A model generated the notes under the pieces. It had not been told where the DNA came from. It did not search any database and worked only from the letters and a program-made list of their open reading frames with translations. This document shows, in pieces, positions 1 through 9,479 of a stretch of 34,687 bases of DNA (positions within the stretch are counted from its first letter, which is position 1; every line of letters begins with the position of its first letter). The translations under genes were made by a program, and so were the position numbers. The DNA comes from Silvanigrellaceae bacterium (GTDB taxonomy: Bacteria > Bdellovibrionota_B > Oligoflexia > Silvanigrellales > Silvanigrellaceae), in contig JBMSQQ010000032.1 in the NCBI GenBank assembly GCA_049423385.1, forward strand, positions 1-34,687. Reading direction: 5' to 3'.

Positions 1-670
1 GTTGATCAATGAAGGGCGTGTGGTCCGTGGATTCCTCGGAATCGATGGTCGCGACTTCAACGAACTCAGTCCCGACGTCCTGCGCGAACTCAAGCTCACA
101 GAAGACAGTCAGGGCACCATGATCGTCGGTGTCGTGAAGGGCAGTCCAGCAGAAAAGGCAGACCTCAAGCCATACGATGTCATCCAAACAATGAATGGAT
201 CGCCAATCTCGAGTTTTTCACAATTGAGAACTCGCCTGGCCTTCACCAAACCCGGAACCGAGGTTCGCCTGGGAATTGTTCGCGACGGCAAGCCACTCGA
301 AATGAAGGTAAAAATTGGCCAGTTTTCGCCCGAAGTTGCTCAACGGAATCTTGAAGATGGCGACGGAGAAGGATCTGGAGTCGCAAACGAGTTTGGCTTG
401 TCTCTGAAAGCCCTCAATCCTGAACTGCGCAAGCAATTGGGACTCCGGGCCGCCAGTGGAGTGATTGTCACCGGTGTTTCGGACGACAGTTATGCCGCCT
501 TTGCGGGTCTCCGCCGTGGCGACGTGATCACCGAAATCAATCGAAAGACAGTGAAAACCATCAAGGACGTCGAAACAGCTCTGAAGAATTCAAAAGACAA
601 GCCGCGCGACCTTTTGTTTCTGATTGAGCGCAATGGCCGCAATCAGCTCATCGTCCTGAGACAAAGGTAA
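1..670 (+). CDS. DegP/DegQ (HtrA-family) serine endoprotease, C-terminal part with two PDZ domains; 5' truncated by the window
   Basis: GRVVRGFLGI post-protease motif, PDZ1 (GSPAEKADLKPYDVI) and PDZ2 (SYAAFAGLRRGDVITEIN), ending IERNGRNQLIVL. Confidence 0.9.
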   Translation, partial: LINEGRVVRGFLGIDGRDFNELSPDVLRELKLTEDSQGTMIVGVVKGSPAEKADLKPYDVIQTMNGSPISSFSQLRTRLAFTKPGTEVRLGIVRDGKPLEMKVKIGQFSPEVAQRNLEDGDGEGSGVANEFGLSLKALNPELRKQLGLRAASGVIVTGVSDDSYAAFAGLRRGDVITEINRKTVKTIKDVETALKNSKDKPRDLLFLIERNGRNQLIVLRQR

Positions 671-690
671 CAACCTCAGGGGGACAACCC

Positions 691-1734
691 ATGACGGAGA
701 CATCGTCGCAGCGAAGCCCATCCACTTCCATTCAGGTGATAGGTATTCACGTCGGTGGTGTCGCCAATCAGAAGTCTTCGCTGGTGCGGGCCCGCTGCAG
801 CGTGCGCGAAATCCGCACTGGCATCAGCGACAGAAGGCTTCACGGGTTGATCAGCAATAGAATCCAGGAATCGTTGCCGGGAAGTGGAATTGGTGTTGCC
901 GGCGCGCAGTTTGACGCCGAATCAGCCGAACTTAAAAATTCTCCTCTTTTTTGGGAAGCCTTTTCCTCTGAACTTGGACCCACGGCAAACATGGATGCCG
1001 ACACACGCCTTCTGGACACCATCAGCGACCTCGGCGGTGCGCAGATCTTTTGCTTCGATGCCCCACTGACTTTTCCGAGCTGTACAACCTGCACACGCGC
1101 TTGCCGAGGAGTTTCTTTCTGCCCAGAAAAACCAGTGCAGGAAATGATCAAACTTTGGGAAGAGGACAAAGAACACGAAGCGCGGCGATCGAGAATGCCG
1201 GCACCTCACACCGAACGTCTTTTCGAGGCCTATGCCCGTCGACGTTACGACCACCTGGGTGCAGGCGGACCGATCGATCTCGAAAGCGCACTTTCAAGCA
1301 ACAAGGCACCATTGACTGCACGGGCGAATCACCTTGCACGCAGGCTCAGCGCGACGTACCCGAATGCGATAATTGTGGAAACACATCCATGGCTGGCTGC
1401 CGTCGGATGGTCTCTTCACTGTGGCTATCGCTTGAATCATATTGCCGAACTGCGCCAACCCGACAGCGGACGCGTTGCTCGGGCAGGATTGTTGAAAAAA
1501 CTTGAGCTCTCAAAAATCGCCTGCAGGTCGGCATCCTTCATGGAAGATCTTTTTGTTGAACTCAGTGACCACGTTGAGATATTCGCTGCAGCGATGGCTG
1601 CCATGGGCGGATGGGGACTCGTCAATGGCCTGTGCGACATCCAGCCCATGTTTGTAAGCCAGGGGTTGGCTGATCCATTGCAAGGTTGGGCACTCGTTCC
1701 CAGAGAGTTGGCAACGTATGGTTGGGGTCACTGA
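691..1734 (+). CDS. DUF429-like predicted RNase H-fold nuclease with a Cys cluster
   Basis: IGIHVGG, FDAPL and IVETHP motifs match the DUF429 pattern (iGiD / iDaPl / iEvyP); CTTCTRACRGVSFC insertion; AGGGGG RBS before the ATG. Confidence 0.6.
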   Translation: MTETSSQRSPSTSIQVIGIHVGGVANQKSSLVRARCSVREIRTGISDRRLHGLISNRIQESLPGSGIGVAGAQFDAESAELKNSPLFWEAFSSELGPTANMDADTRLLDTISDLGGAQIFCFDAPLTFPSCTTCTRACRGVSFCPEKPVQEMIKLWEEDKEHEARRSRMPAPHTERLFEAYARRRYDHLGAGGPIDLESALSSNKAPLTARANHLARRLSATYPNAIIVETHPWLAAVGWSLHCGYRLNHIAELRQPDSGRVARAGLLKKLELSKIACRSASFMEDLFVELSDHVEIFAAAMAAMGGWGLVNGLCDIQPMFVSQGLADPLQGWALVPRELATYGWGH

Positions 1735-2113
1735 TATCAAAACACTGAGCGGTTGGATTTTGCCTGATGGAACCTGGCAACCTGCCGAGGAGTGGTGGCA
1801 CGTCTCAGCCCTGTACGACATGAAGGATCAAAAGCCCGAATTTTTTCCGACTCCACTGACGGATGCGCTCAAGTCCGGCGACGAAACAAGCATCCGCAGA
1901 GCAGCGTCGGAAGCAGGATTCATCAAGATTTCACGCCAACAGTTCGACCTTGTGGCAATCACCATCCATCAGTTGCGCACGCTGCAAAAGCTCGTGGAAT
2001 ACATCGATCCGGAAGCCGAGTTCATTGTTTTGCTTGAACATGGAAACAGGCAAAAACAACTTTCGGTTGGCAGACTCTTGAAACTCAAGTCTGTCCAACC
2101 GATCATCTGCTGA
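1718..2113 (+). CDS. hypothetical protein with a GWxxPDGx..H motif
   Basis: 131-aa ORF overlapping the upstream gene by 17 nt; globular composition; GWILPDGTW...WH and GFIKI motifs. Confidence 0.65.
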   Translation: MVGVTDIKTLSGWILPDGTWQPAEEWWHVSALYDMKDQKPEFFPTPLTDALKSGDETSIRRAASEAGFIKISRQQFDLVAITIHQLRTLQKLVEYIDPEAEFIVLLEHGNRQKQLSVGRLLKLKSVQPIIC

Positions 2114-2136
2114 ATTCAGAAAAATTGAACCGCCGC

Positions 2137-2601
2137 TCAGTTTGCGGGTGATGCCGCGGGGACTGGAGACGCATTTGCGGCAGGAGCCAGCTGAGCAGGC
2201 GCTGCTGAATCTGCCGCCGGAGACACAGCTGGTGCTGCGGCAGGAGCGGGCGTTGAAGCCCCTGAAGCTGCTGCCGGCGTTGCTTCCGGGGCGGGACTGG
2301 CAACCTGGGCCGGGGTCGGAGTGACGGACAAAGCCGAGTCCAATTCGCGGCTGACACCAAATTTTTCATGGGTCTTGACCCACGCCAGAGCCGTGGAAAG
2401 AAAGAAGAAGGCAGCACCGAAGATCCAGGTTGCCCGCACGATGAGTGCCACACCACCCGAAGCTCCGAAAAATCCGGCCGAATTTCCGCCACCGAAGGCT
2501 GAGCCAATTCCACCTTCATTGCCATGCTGGAGGGCAATAATCAGAACAATAAGCACCAGGCTGACAAAGACGAGCAGAGCTGTGAGGAGCCCAACGAGCA
2601 T
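2137..2601 (-). CDS. secG: preprotein translocase subunit SecG with an Ala/Pro-rich C-terminal tail
   Basis: two TM segments flanking LQHGNEGGIGSAFGGGNSAGFFGASG, then RATW; ATG at 2601 with GGAGGG RBS 9 nt upstream. Confidence 0.9.
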   Translation of the reverse strand: MLVGLLTALLVFVSLVLIVLIIALQHGNEGGIGSAFGGGNSAGFFGASGGVALIVRATWIFGAAFFFLSTALAWVKTHEKFGVSRELDSALSVTPTPAQVASPAPEATPAAASGASTPAPAAAPAVSPAADSAAPAQLAPAANASPVPAASPAN

Positions 2602-2647
2602 ACGACCTATCCCTCCGAACATCCGGAAATCCAGACTCAAACTCCGT

Positions 2648-2677
2648 GCTATGGCACAAACCTTCAGCCGACTCAAG
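2648..2677 (-). promoter_or_regulatory. putative sigma70 promoter of secG
   Basis: minus strand cTTGAGT-N17-CATAGC, with TGc extended -10. Confidence 0.35.
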
Positions 2678-2807
2678 TTTCCCACCCGGCCGATCGCCAC
2701 CTCCACGGGATAATTTCCCTTTACCTTTATGGGATTTCGCCTTATGCCTTTTTGGTTCGACCTTCACAAATGGTCAGGCTTTCGACTCCACAAGTGAGAT
2801 ACTCAGA

Positions 2808-5273
2808 ATGGTTCGCTCCAGCAGTTCAAAACCGGCTAAAGACAAAAAATCCTCCGCCACGAAGTCCACAACGACAAGGGCAAAAACCAGCCCGGAAAAA
2901 TCGGCGCCCAAGAAAGCTGCGTCAGGAAAGGCGGCCACTGCCGGAGATACTTCCAAGGCGCGGGTCACTGCTGCACAAAAGAAAACAACCACGACTGCGT
3001 CAGCCCGGGCAAAATCACCCTCGAAAGCGGTTGGAGCCAAACCATCGACACGCGAAGCGGCACCGTCCAAAAAGCAACAGGGTCGTCCTGAGCCTCGAAC
3101 TCCTGAACTGTTTGAAGACGTCCCCCTTGAAAACGACACACCATCCGTGAGCATTTTGCCCGAGGCCTCGGACACGGTCGTTGATTCCGACCAGTTCCAG
3201 GTTGAACTCAACACGCCACCCGAATTCAAGACAGCAGAAGTTCCTCACTACAGCGAAACGGCAGGAGCTTCGCCCACTGCGAGCGAAGCAATGCCACCCG
3301 AAAAAGAAGTCACGTTCAGTTTTCTGGGATTCAATGATCAAATTCTCGCGGCCATTGAGAAACAAGGCTTCAATAAGCCAACCCGTGTGCAGGCTCTTTG
3401 CTTGCCACACACCCTCGATGGAAAGGATGTTGCGGGATTTGCCCAAACCGGAACCGGAAAAACTGCGGTTTATTTGTTGACTGCGGCCCACAGGCTGTTG
3501 AGCCAGGAAGAACGCGTCACGAATGCCAAGAAACCTAAAGTGTTGGTCGTTGTGCCAACCCGCGAACTTGCCGACCAGGTGTCGCAGGACGCAAAAAAGC
3601 TTTTGAATCCCCTGAAGCTCAAGAGTCTTGCAGTTTTTGGTGGAGTTGATGTCGAACGCCACGTCAATGAATTGAATCAAGCGGTCGACATCGTTGTGGC
3701 GACACCCGGACGATTGCTCGACCTTCACCGCAGCAAGAGCCTTGAATTCGATGATCTCCAGTTGCTCGTGATCGACGAGTGCGATCGGATGTTCGACATG
3801 GGATTCATCGACGATGTTGAATATGTGTTGCGCCACTTGCCCGCTGAAAGAGTACAAAAACTGCTTTTCAGTGCGACCGGCAGCGAAAAGGTCAAGGAAC
3901 TCGCGTTCGAGTACCTCGAGAATCCAGAGTATATCGAGACAGATCCGGTTCGAATCACTCCCGAGAAGATTTCACAATCAGCATTTGCCGTGACCTCGGA
4001 GCATAAATTCCTGACTCTCATGGGTCACCTGAAGGCAAACAATCCCGAGTGCGCAATCATCTTCACAAACACCAAGGTGGTTGCCGAGTGGGTAGGCTAC
4101 AAGTTGGCCTGCAATGGACTGAATGCGGAAGTCCTGACCGGCGATTTGCCTCAACGCAAGCGAATGACCCTGATCAAGAAGATCAAGGAAGGAAAATGCA
4201 ATCTCCTGGTTGCAACAGATGTCTTGTCGCGTGGCCTTCATGTTGCGAATCTCTCGCACGTCTACAATTTCGATATCCCGGATGATGCTGAAAGCTTTAT
4301 TCATCGTATTGGACGCACGGCACGCGCTGGCGCAACAGGCTATGCCATCACCCTCATATGTGAAGATTACGGCTACAATATGGGTGCCGTGGAAAAGCTG
4401 CTTGGTTTTTCCATTCCGCTCGTCAATGTTCCGAACGATTATCTGACGGCCAACGACGTTTCCGATTATCCCTTCGATGAAACCGGCAGGGTGAAAGTCT
4501 ATGGACAATCATCGCAGACCGGCGATGATCAGCCGAAGACAGAATCTCGCGGACACGAACACCGACATGAGCAAAAACGTGAGCGCCACGTTGAAGGAGC
4601 CCGCCATTCAGTCGCAGTTGAGCAAGGTCCCGTGAGTTCCGGACGTCCCGAACCCACGCTCCCGCATCATCGCCGCGACAACAATGCTGGCCGTAGCATC
4701 CCAGCGCCTGCAAAATCCGGAACTCCCGAAGCTCCATCGCCTGGCCTTGGTCAACCGATGCCAGCTGCCGCAGCTTCAACTGCGAACGGCCACGCTCGCC
4801 ATGCACAAGGGCCAACGCGTACGCACGAAGGACCACAGGCTCAACCATACAAACCACACGCAGCAGCTGGTGGAACATCGCAGGGTCACGGGCGCCACGC
4901 AGGTCGCGGAGCCAATTCGGGATCACCGGCTCCGGCTGCTGTCGGAAATGGAATGCCACGCCGCGACGACAAAGCTCGCGAAACGATTGAAATGGCTATT
5001 CAGGCGGCAAAGAAGGCCGCTGCCAAGCGTCAGGGCGGCATCTCAGGATCTCTTGAGACTCACTCCGGCGGCAAATCGCGCAGAAGCAAGGTGACTGCCC
5101 AAATCGATGAAATCGCAGCAACCGTGTTGAACACGGCCCAAGAGCGCCTGGGTGGCACACTTGGAAATCTGCAGGACCGTTTCGTCAATGGTCTGGAAGA
5201 AAATTTCCCACGATTGTCGGAGACATTGATTCGGCTTGGATTCTTTTCCAAACGGTTCACCGACGACAGGTAA
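2808..5273 (+). CDS. rhlB: DExD-box RNA helicase, RhlB-like, with long N- and C-terminal disordered extensions
   Basis: Q motif GFNKPTRVQ, DVAGFAQTGTGKT, PTRELA, TPGRL, DECD, SAT, TDVLSRGLHV, HRIGRTARAG; the DVAGxAQTGTGKT and RGLH signatures are RhlB-like; start placed at ATG 2808 (the ORF is open from 2646). Confidence 0.85.
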   Translation: MVRSSSSKPAKDKKSSATKSTTTRAKTSPEKSAPKKAASGKAATAGDTSKARVTAAQKKTTTTASARAKSPSKAVGAKPSTREAAPSKKQQGRPEPRTPELFEDVPLENDTPSVSILPEASDTVVDSDQFQVELNTPPEFKTAEVPHYSETAGASPTASEAMPPEKEVTFSFLGFNDQILAAIEKQGFNKPTRVQALCLPHTLDGKDVAGFAQTGTGKTAVYLLTAAHRLLSQEERVTNAKKPKVLVVVPTRELADQVSQDAKKLLNPLKLKSLAVFGGVDVERHVNELNQAVDIVVATPGRLLDLHRSKSLEFDDLQLLVIDECDRMFDMGFIDDVEYVLRHLPAERVQKLLFSATGSEKVKELAFEYLENPEYIETDPVRITPEKISQSAFAVTSEHKFLTLMGHLKANNPECAIIFTNTKVVAEWVGYKLACNGLNAEVLTGDLPQRKRMTLIKKIKEGKCNLLVATDVLSRGLHVANLSHVYNFDIPDDAESFIHRIGRTARAGATGYAITLICEDYGYNMGAVEKLLGFSIPLVNVPNDYLTANDVSDYPFDETGRVKVYGQSSQTGDDQPKTESRGHEHRHEQKRERHVEGARHSVAVEQGPVSSGRPEPTLPHHRRDNNAGRSIPAPAKSGTPEAPSPGLGQPMPAAAASTANGHARHAQGPTRTHEGPQAQPYKPHAAAGGTSQGHGRHAGRGANSGSPAPAAVGNGMPRRDDKARETIEMAIQAAKKAAAKRQGGISGSLETHSGGKSRRSKVTAQIDEIAATVLNTAQERLGGTLGNLQDRFVNGLEENFPRLSETLIRLGFFSKRFTDDR

Positions 5274-5279
5274 AAAGCT

Positions 5280-6488
5280 GTGAACCGTAAGGGGCTGCCT
5301 CTCCTGAAAGTCGCGACCTTGAACACATGGCATGGCCTGGATGGCCATGGCACCCTGCGATTTGGCTCGCTCGAATCACGGGCAGAACGGATTGCCAGGC
5401 TCGAAAGACAAGTCACAGCTCTCAAAAATCTCAATGCAGACATTCTTTTGTTGCAGGAGCTCAATCCCCTGCCGTTTCGCGCCCATTGGTACGCCAGCAA
5501 ATTGGGAATGCGAGCAACCTATGTGACGTGCAACTCAGGAATCAAACTGGGATGGGGTCCACCCTTCAACCTGAACGAAGGGGTTGGAATATTTTTTCCA
5601 ACCGACTGGCAGTATCAGGTGCTCGGTAAGAAGAGACTTTCAGGCGAATTCAGACTGAGCCCATTCAGAATTTCAGCAATCAACAATCCGTTCTACAGTT
5701 TTCAGCTGCACGAATCTCGGGTTGCATTTGCGGTACGCCTGTTCATTCCTCCGGAAAAAAGGATCGGTGCTTATGAAGGCAGAACATCACTCATTGCTGT
5801 GGTCGCTCATCTTCATGTTTCACCGGCCCAGACTCCGCGGAATCAGAAAATTGTCCAGCAGGCCTTTGAGCAGGGCCACATCAACAGAAACGACGTGGAT
5901 CTTATTATTCGCTCATTCAAGGCCGCAAACACACGACGCTTGAACGAGGTGGAGAACCTGATGTCTTGGATCGAATCCCTCAGACGGCCGGATGAACCGG
6001 TTGTCATGGGCGGAGATTTCAACTGCGAGCCGGATAGTCCACCCTACAATGCGATCATCCGCCGAGGTTGGTCTGACATGTGGTTGGAATCAAAAAACTC
6101 TGATGATCTCCTGGCGAGCGCCACCTGGGACGCACCTCGCAACAGCCTGACCGCACGGGTCAAGGATTTTCAACACGCACTCAAGCGCAGGCATCCAAAT
6201 ATTACGGAAGTATTGCGAGAGACGGATTCCATCCCAAGACGGATCGACTTTCTATTTGGATTGCCCGCAAAAAACACGCCTGCGCAAAAGGAATTCCAGC
6301 TGGGCTCAAGTGGTTGCCTCGGCAAGGTCGGAAGATTTGGATTCCTGACCGGCAATCCACTGGGTGCAGAATCGATCGTCTGCGACGATTTCAATGACTA
6401 CGAAATCCGCGAAGAATTCGTTTCAAACCCGGGTGACGATACCAAATTCATCTCAGATCACCATGGTGTTTTTGCCGAATTTGGATAA
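5280..6488 (+). CDS. endonuclease/exonuclease/phosphatase (EEP) family protein
   Basis: TLN, LLQE, AHL, GGDFN, RIDF and SDH catalytic motifs in the canonical order. Confidence 0.9.
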   Translation: MNRKGLPLLKVATLNTWHGLDGHGTLRFGSLESRAERIARLERQVTALKNLNADILLLQELNPLPFRAHWYASKLGMRATYVTCNSGIKLGWGPPFNLNEGVGIFFPTDWQYQVLGKKRLSGEFRLSPFRISAINNPFYSFQLHESRVAFAVRLFIPPEKRIGAYEGRTSLIAVVAHLHVSPAQTPRNQKIVQQAFEQGHINRNDVDLIIRSFKAANTRRLNEVENLMSWIESLRRPDEPVVMGGDFNCEPDSPPYNAIIRRGWSDMWLESKNSDDLLASATWDAPRNSLTARVKDFQHALKRRHPNITEVLRETDSIPRRIDFLFGLPAKNTPAQKEFQLGSSGCLGKVGRFGFLTGNPLGAESIVCDDFNDYEIREEFVSNPGDDTKFISDHHGVFAEFG

Positions 6489-6528
6489 CAAATAGAAACT
6501 CAAATGCTCCAGGAAAAATTGCGGGTCA

Positions 6529-7338
6529 TTAGTTTTTCCCCGATATTCCCGATTCCGCGATCGCAGACAACACAAACGCTGCCGCAGCAACAGCAGCTGG
6601 AGTCCTGAGAATTCTCGCACCAAGAGAAACAAATTCGGTCTGCCCAGAAAAATTTCCGTCCATGAGATATTCATACTCAGACTGCGAAAAGCTTGCTTCC
6701 GGACCAACCACAAATGCGAGATTTACCCGAGTGCTCACAAGAGCTGCGTTCACAAGAAGTCGTGTCTGGAATTCGTGACTCAGGGAACCGTTGGCAGGAC
6801 GTTCGTCACAAACAAAAAATTGTTCCATCGAAAATCCATCCGCTGCCGTCTGCATGGCCGATCGCAATGAATCGACGACTTGAAGTTTCAGGCACCAGGG
6901 AGATTTCGTGATACGACAGATTTCCCTGATCTGCTTTTCAATTTTTTCGGTCTTCATCTCCTGGCGGGAAGATGTTTTGTCTCCCTTGAAAAGCACGAGG
7001 GTTTGGATTCCAGCTTCAACACAGGCCTGAACCACTTCGTCCAGAGCGCCCGGCTTGGTGATCCCAACAATTGCGGCCAACTTGCGTTGCGGCTCAGAAT
7101 GCATCTTGCTTTCAACGATCTCGGCCAACACAACCTTTTTATCCACTCGTGAGAGCACTGCACGCGCCGTCCAGCCATCACCATCCGCCAGTTCAACCTG
7201 TTCATTGGGGGCAAGTCGCAAGACTGCATTCGCAAAATGCACTTCGTCCGGTTCAAACTGTATCTTCTGACCAGGGGAGTCATTTTCGGGTCGAGACACA
7301 TAGAATCGCCAAACTTGTTTGTATTCCATGAGGTTCAA
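6529..7338 (-). CDS. rsmE: 16S rRNA m3U1498 methyltransferase RsmE
   Basis: HFANAVLRL, VELADGDG, VGPEASFS and SLGARILRTPAA SPOUT motifs; alternative start ATG 7329. Confidence 0.9.
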   Translation of the reverse strand: MNLMEYKQVWRFYVSRPENDSPGQKIQFEPDEVHFANAVLRLAPNEQVELADGDGWTARAVLSRVDKKVVLAEIVESKMHSEPQRKLAAIVGITKPGALDEVVQACVEAGIQTLVLFKGDKTSSRQEMKTEKIEKQIREICRITKSPWCLKLQVVDSLRSAMQTAADGFSMEQFFVCDERPANGSLSHEFQTRLLVNAALVSTRVNLAFVVGPEASFSQSEYEYLMDGNFSGQTEFVSLGARILRTPAAVAAAAFVLSAIAESGISGKN

Positions 7339-7832
7339 CCCATCTCAAAAGCTTCAAAAACTGGACTCTCGGGCAAAATACTGAGCCGACGCTCTCGTGA
7401 ACATTTTTCAAAACCGACATCACTCATCCACTCAAGTTGAGTGATCAACAGGGAGTCAATTTTATCAAGACTCAATTGATTCTCTGAAATCGCACCAATA
7501 CCAAGCTGCCGGTTTTGCTCAAGTATCCTCTTCCAGTCATCCATCAGTTCCGAACGCCGCCCAGACAACTCAACTTTTTGCTCATCCGTTAAAAATGCAA
7601 GCGATTGAAGACATAAAAAAGCTTTCGCCATTTCGGCATGCTTTACACAGACATCAATTTGAAAAAACAGACCGGCTTCTTCAAGATTTGACATTGTCTC
7701 ACTGAAATTCCCTGAAGAGACGTGATTATTTTTGAAGACAAGCTGATTCAAAAGCAGATTGAAGACTACTGCAATCGACCGCGGCGACTGACCAAATAGA
7801 TTTTCACAATCCGACATCACATTCCCCATCAA
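7335..7832 (-). CDS. hypothetical protein
   Basis: 165-aa ORF overlapping both neighbours by 4 nt within the minus-strand operon. Confidence 0.6.
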   Translation of the reverse strand: MMGNVMSDCENLFGQSPRSIAVVFNLLLNQLVFKNNHVSSGNFSETMSNLEEAGLFFQIDVCVKHAEMAKAFLCLQSLAFLTDEQKVELSGRRSELMDDWKRILEQNRQLGIGAISENQLSLDKIDSLLITQLEWMSDVGFEKCSRERRLSILPESPVFEAFEMG

Positions 7833-8683
7833 TTCGGGGCAGCCAGCATGACACTCAAATCGATTGAACCATCGCTCACCGCACGTGTTTTGAGAGCGGG
7901 CAGCTCACGTGTCAATCGCGCCAGAACGTCTGCTTGTTTGCCTTTGTGGGTCGAGGTTCGAAAAACGATTCCATCTTTGCGAACTTCAACCGGCAATACA
8001 GACGCTTCGGGCCCCCCTTTGGAATAGGCCCTTAGCACACTCTCCACAGTTGACATCTCCTTCTCGGAGATTTTTTTATCAACCAAAAGTCGCAATGTTT
8101 CTGCTTTTTCAACCTGATTGTTCTGGGATTTCCATGCTCTGTTGATATAAGAACCAACACGCTGCACGATTCGTGCCTGGCTGGAGTTGTACGTCGGGTC
8201 GTGTACCGATCGGCTCCAATAGGCGCGTGTGAATCGCCCATCAACATTCGACCAGACATCCACACGCTCAACAATGGCCGGCGATTTGTCGGCAATCTTG
8301 ATCCCAAAAACGAGGTTCATTCCTTCAGAGGAATTCAATCCGGCCATGCTGAATGGTATCTCGGGAGGCCAGACAGGCGCATCCGCTCGAAGTCCCGGGA
8401 CGGATTGCAGCGCAGTGATGGCAAATCCAGTTGCTTTTGCGTGTTCCACCGACCAAGTCGTTTTTGCGACGGAATTCACTCTGGGCAGCAAGCTTTGAGC
8501 CAGAGAAGTGCACATTTGATCCAAGGTTGCGGCAGAAAACGTCGTTGCCGCGATGTTTGAATTCATCGCTGCACAAGGCTTGGCTCCCGGCACTTGCGCA
8601 GCTGCTTCCGGAGGCAACACATAGAGGTCGCGGGTTGATTCATTGATTAAAAAAATGGCCAGTGGAAGCAACGCAGCAGGCAT
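7829..8683 (-). CDS. hypothetical exported or membrane-anchored protein
   Basis: 284-aa ORF, hydrophobic N-terminus, GAGG RBS, operon context. Confidence 0.7.
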   Translation of the reverse strand: MPAALLPLAIFLINESTRDLYVLPPEAAAQVPGAKPCAAMNSNIAATTFSAATLDQMCTSLAQSLLPRVNSVAKTTWSVEHAKATGFAITALQSVPGLRADAPVWPPEIPFSMAGLNSSEGMNLVFGIKIADKSPAIVERVDVWSNVDGRFTRAYWSRSVHDPTYNSSQARIVQRVGSYINRAWKSQNNQVEKAETLRLLVDKKISEKEMSTVESVLRAYSKGGPEASVLPVEVRKDGIVFRTSTHKGKQADVLARLTRELPALKTRAVSDGSIDLSVMLAAPN

Positions 8684-8699
8684 GAAAATCTATCCTCGA

Positions 8700-9479
8700 T
8701 CAACGAGCTGGTTGAGCATTTTCGCCAGAGGTTCCTGGTTGTGTCTGAACCGGTGCTGCCGCTGCGGGAGCTGGGTTTTGGGTTTCCTTCGCGGTCGATT
8801 GGGTCTTCTGATTTTCTTCAGGCTCGGCCGTTTGGAACAAGTTTGACCCCTCAAGCAGTGCGATGTCGCCGGCACCCGAAGGCTTCACAGTCGAAGAACC
8901 TTCCAAAATCAAATTGACAACCTTGGCACCCGACTCCGAAGAACCGGACAATGGATTCAGTGGAATCGTGCGTCCAGCAACCGACAAGGTCAGCATTCCA
9001 CACTTCAAGGCCGATGCCGGAATTCTTGGAATTCGCAATGCCAACGGCGCTCCGTCTTTGGATTTCAGGGTTGTCGACTTGCCTTTGGCAGTGCCCTTGA
9101 GAACATCCTTGAGTGGTGCAACCAAGGAGATTTTGAGCACCCCATTGGAATAAATTTCGCTTCCTTGCGATTTGACCACGCCTTGCCACGATGGAGAAGA
9201 CGAGCTCTTTGATTCTTCGGCACTCTGCGAACCGCCACAACTGTTGCTCAAATATGATGTCAGGTGAGCAATTCCATTTCTTCTTGCAGCGATCTCAGCG
9301 TCGAGACCTTGTGCCTTCTGGCTCGCTTTGCCGGGGTTGTAAATTCCGAAGAACTGGATCTGGCGTCCCTGAAAGTCGATCGTGATGGCTGTGTCATTTT
9401 TGATCTCACCGAAAGCAGTCAATGAGACAACAAGAGAGGAAAGGGCGATTGCATTGAGGGATTTGCGTGCGACGTTCAT
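8700..9479 (-). CDS. secreted protein, possibly LPP20-like
   Basis: Sec signal peptide; IDFQGRQIQFFG...AQGLDAEIAARRNGIAHL...YSNGVLKISLVAPL resembles the LPP20-type pattern; GAGGAG RBS; ATGA overlap with the upstream gene. Confidence 0.6.
   Translation of the reverse strand: MNVARKSLNAIALSSLVVSLTAFGEIKNDTAITIDFQGRQIQFFGIYNPGKASQKAQGLDAEIAARRNGIAHLTSYLSNSCGGSQSAEESKSSSSPSWQGVVKSQGSEIYSNGVLKISLVAPLKDVLKGTAKGKSTTLKSKDGAPLALRIPRIPASALKCGMLTLSVAGRTIPLNPLSGSSESGAKVVNLILEGSSTVKPSGAGDIALLEGSNLFQTAEPEENQKTQSTAKETQNPAPAAAAPVQTQPGTSGENAQPAR

Noticed and set aside
2652..2666. sigma54-like TGGCAC-N5-TTCA upstream of the helicase
   Set aside because: The -12 GC is missing, and the sequence is better explained as the secG promoter on the opposite strand
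2673..2696. sigma28-like TCAAGTTT...GCCGATCG
   Set aside because: The spacer is 8 nt instead of about 11-12
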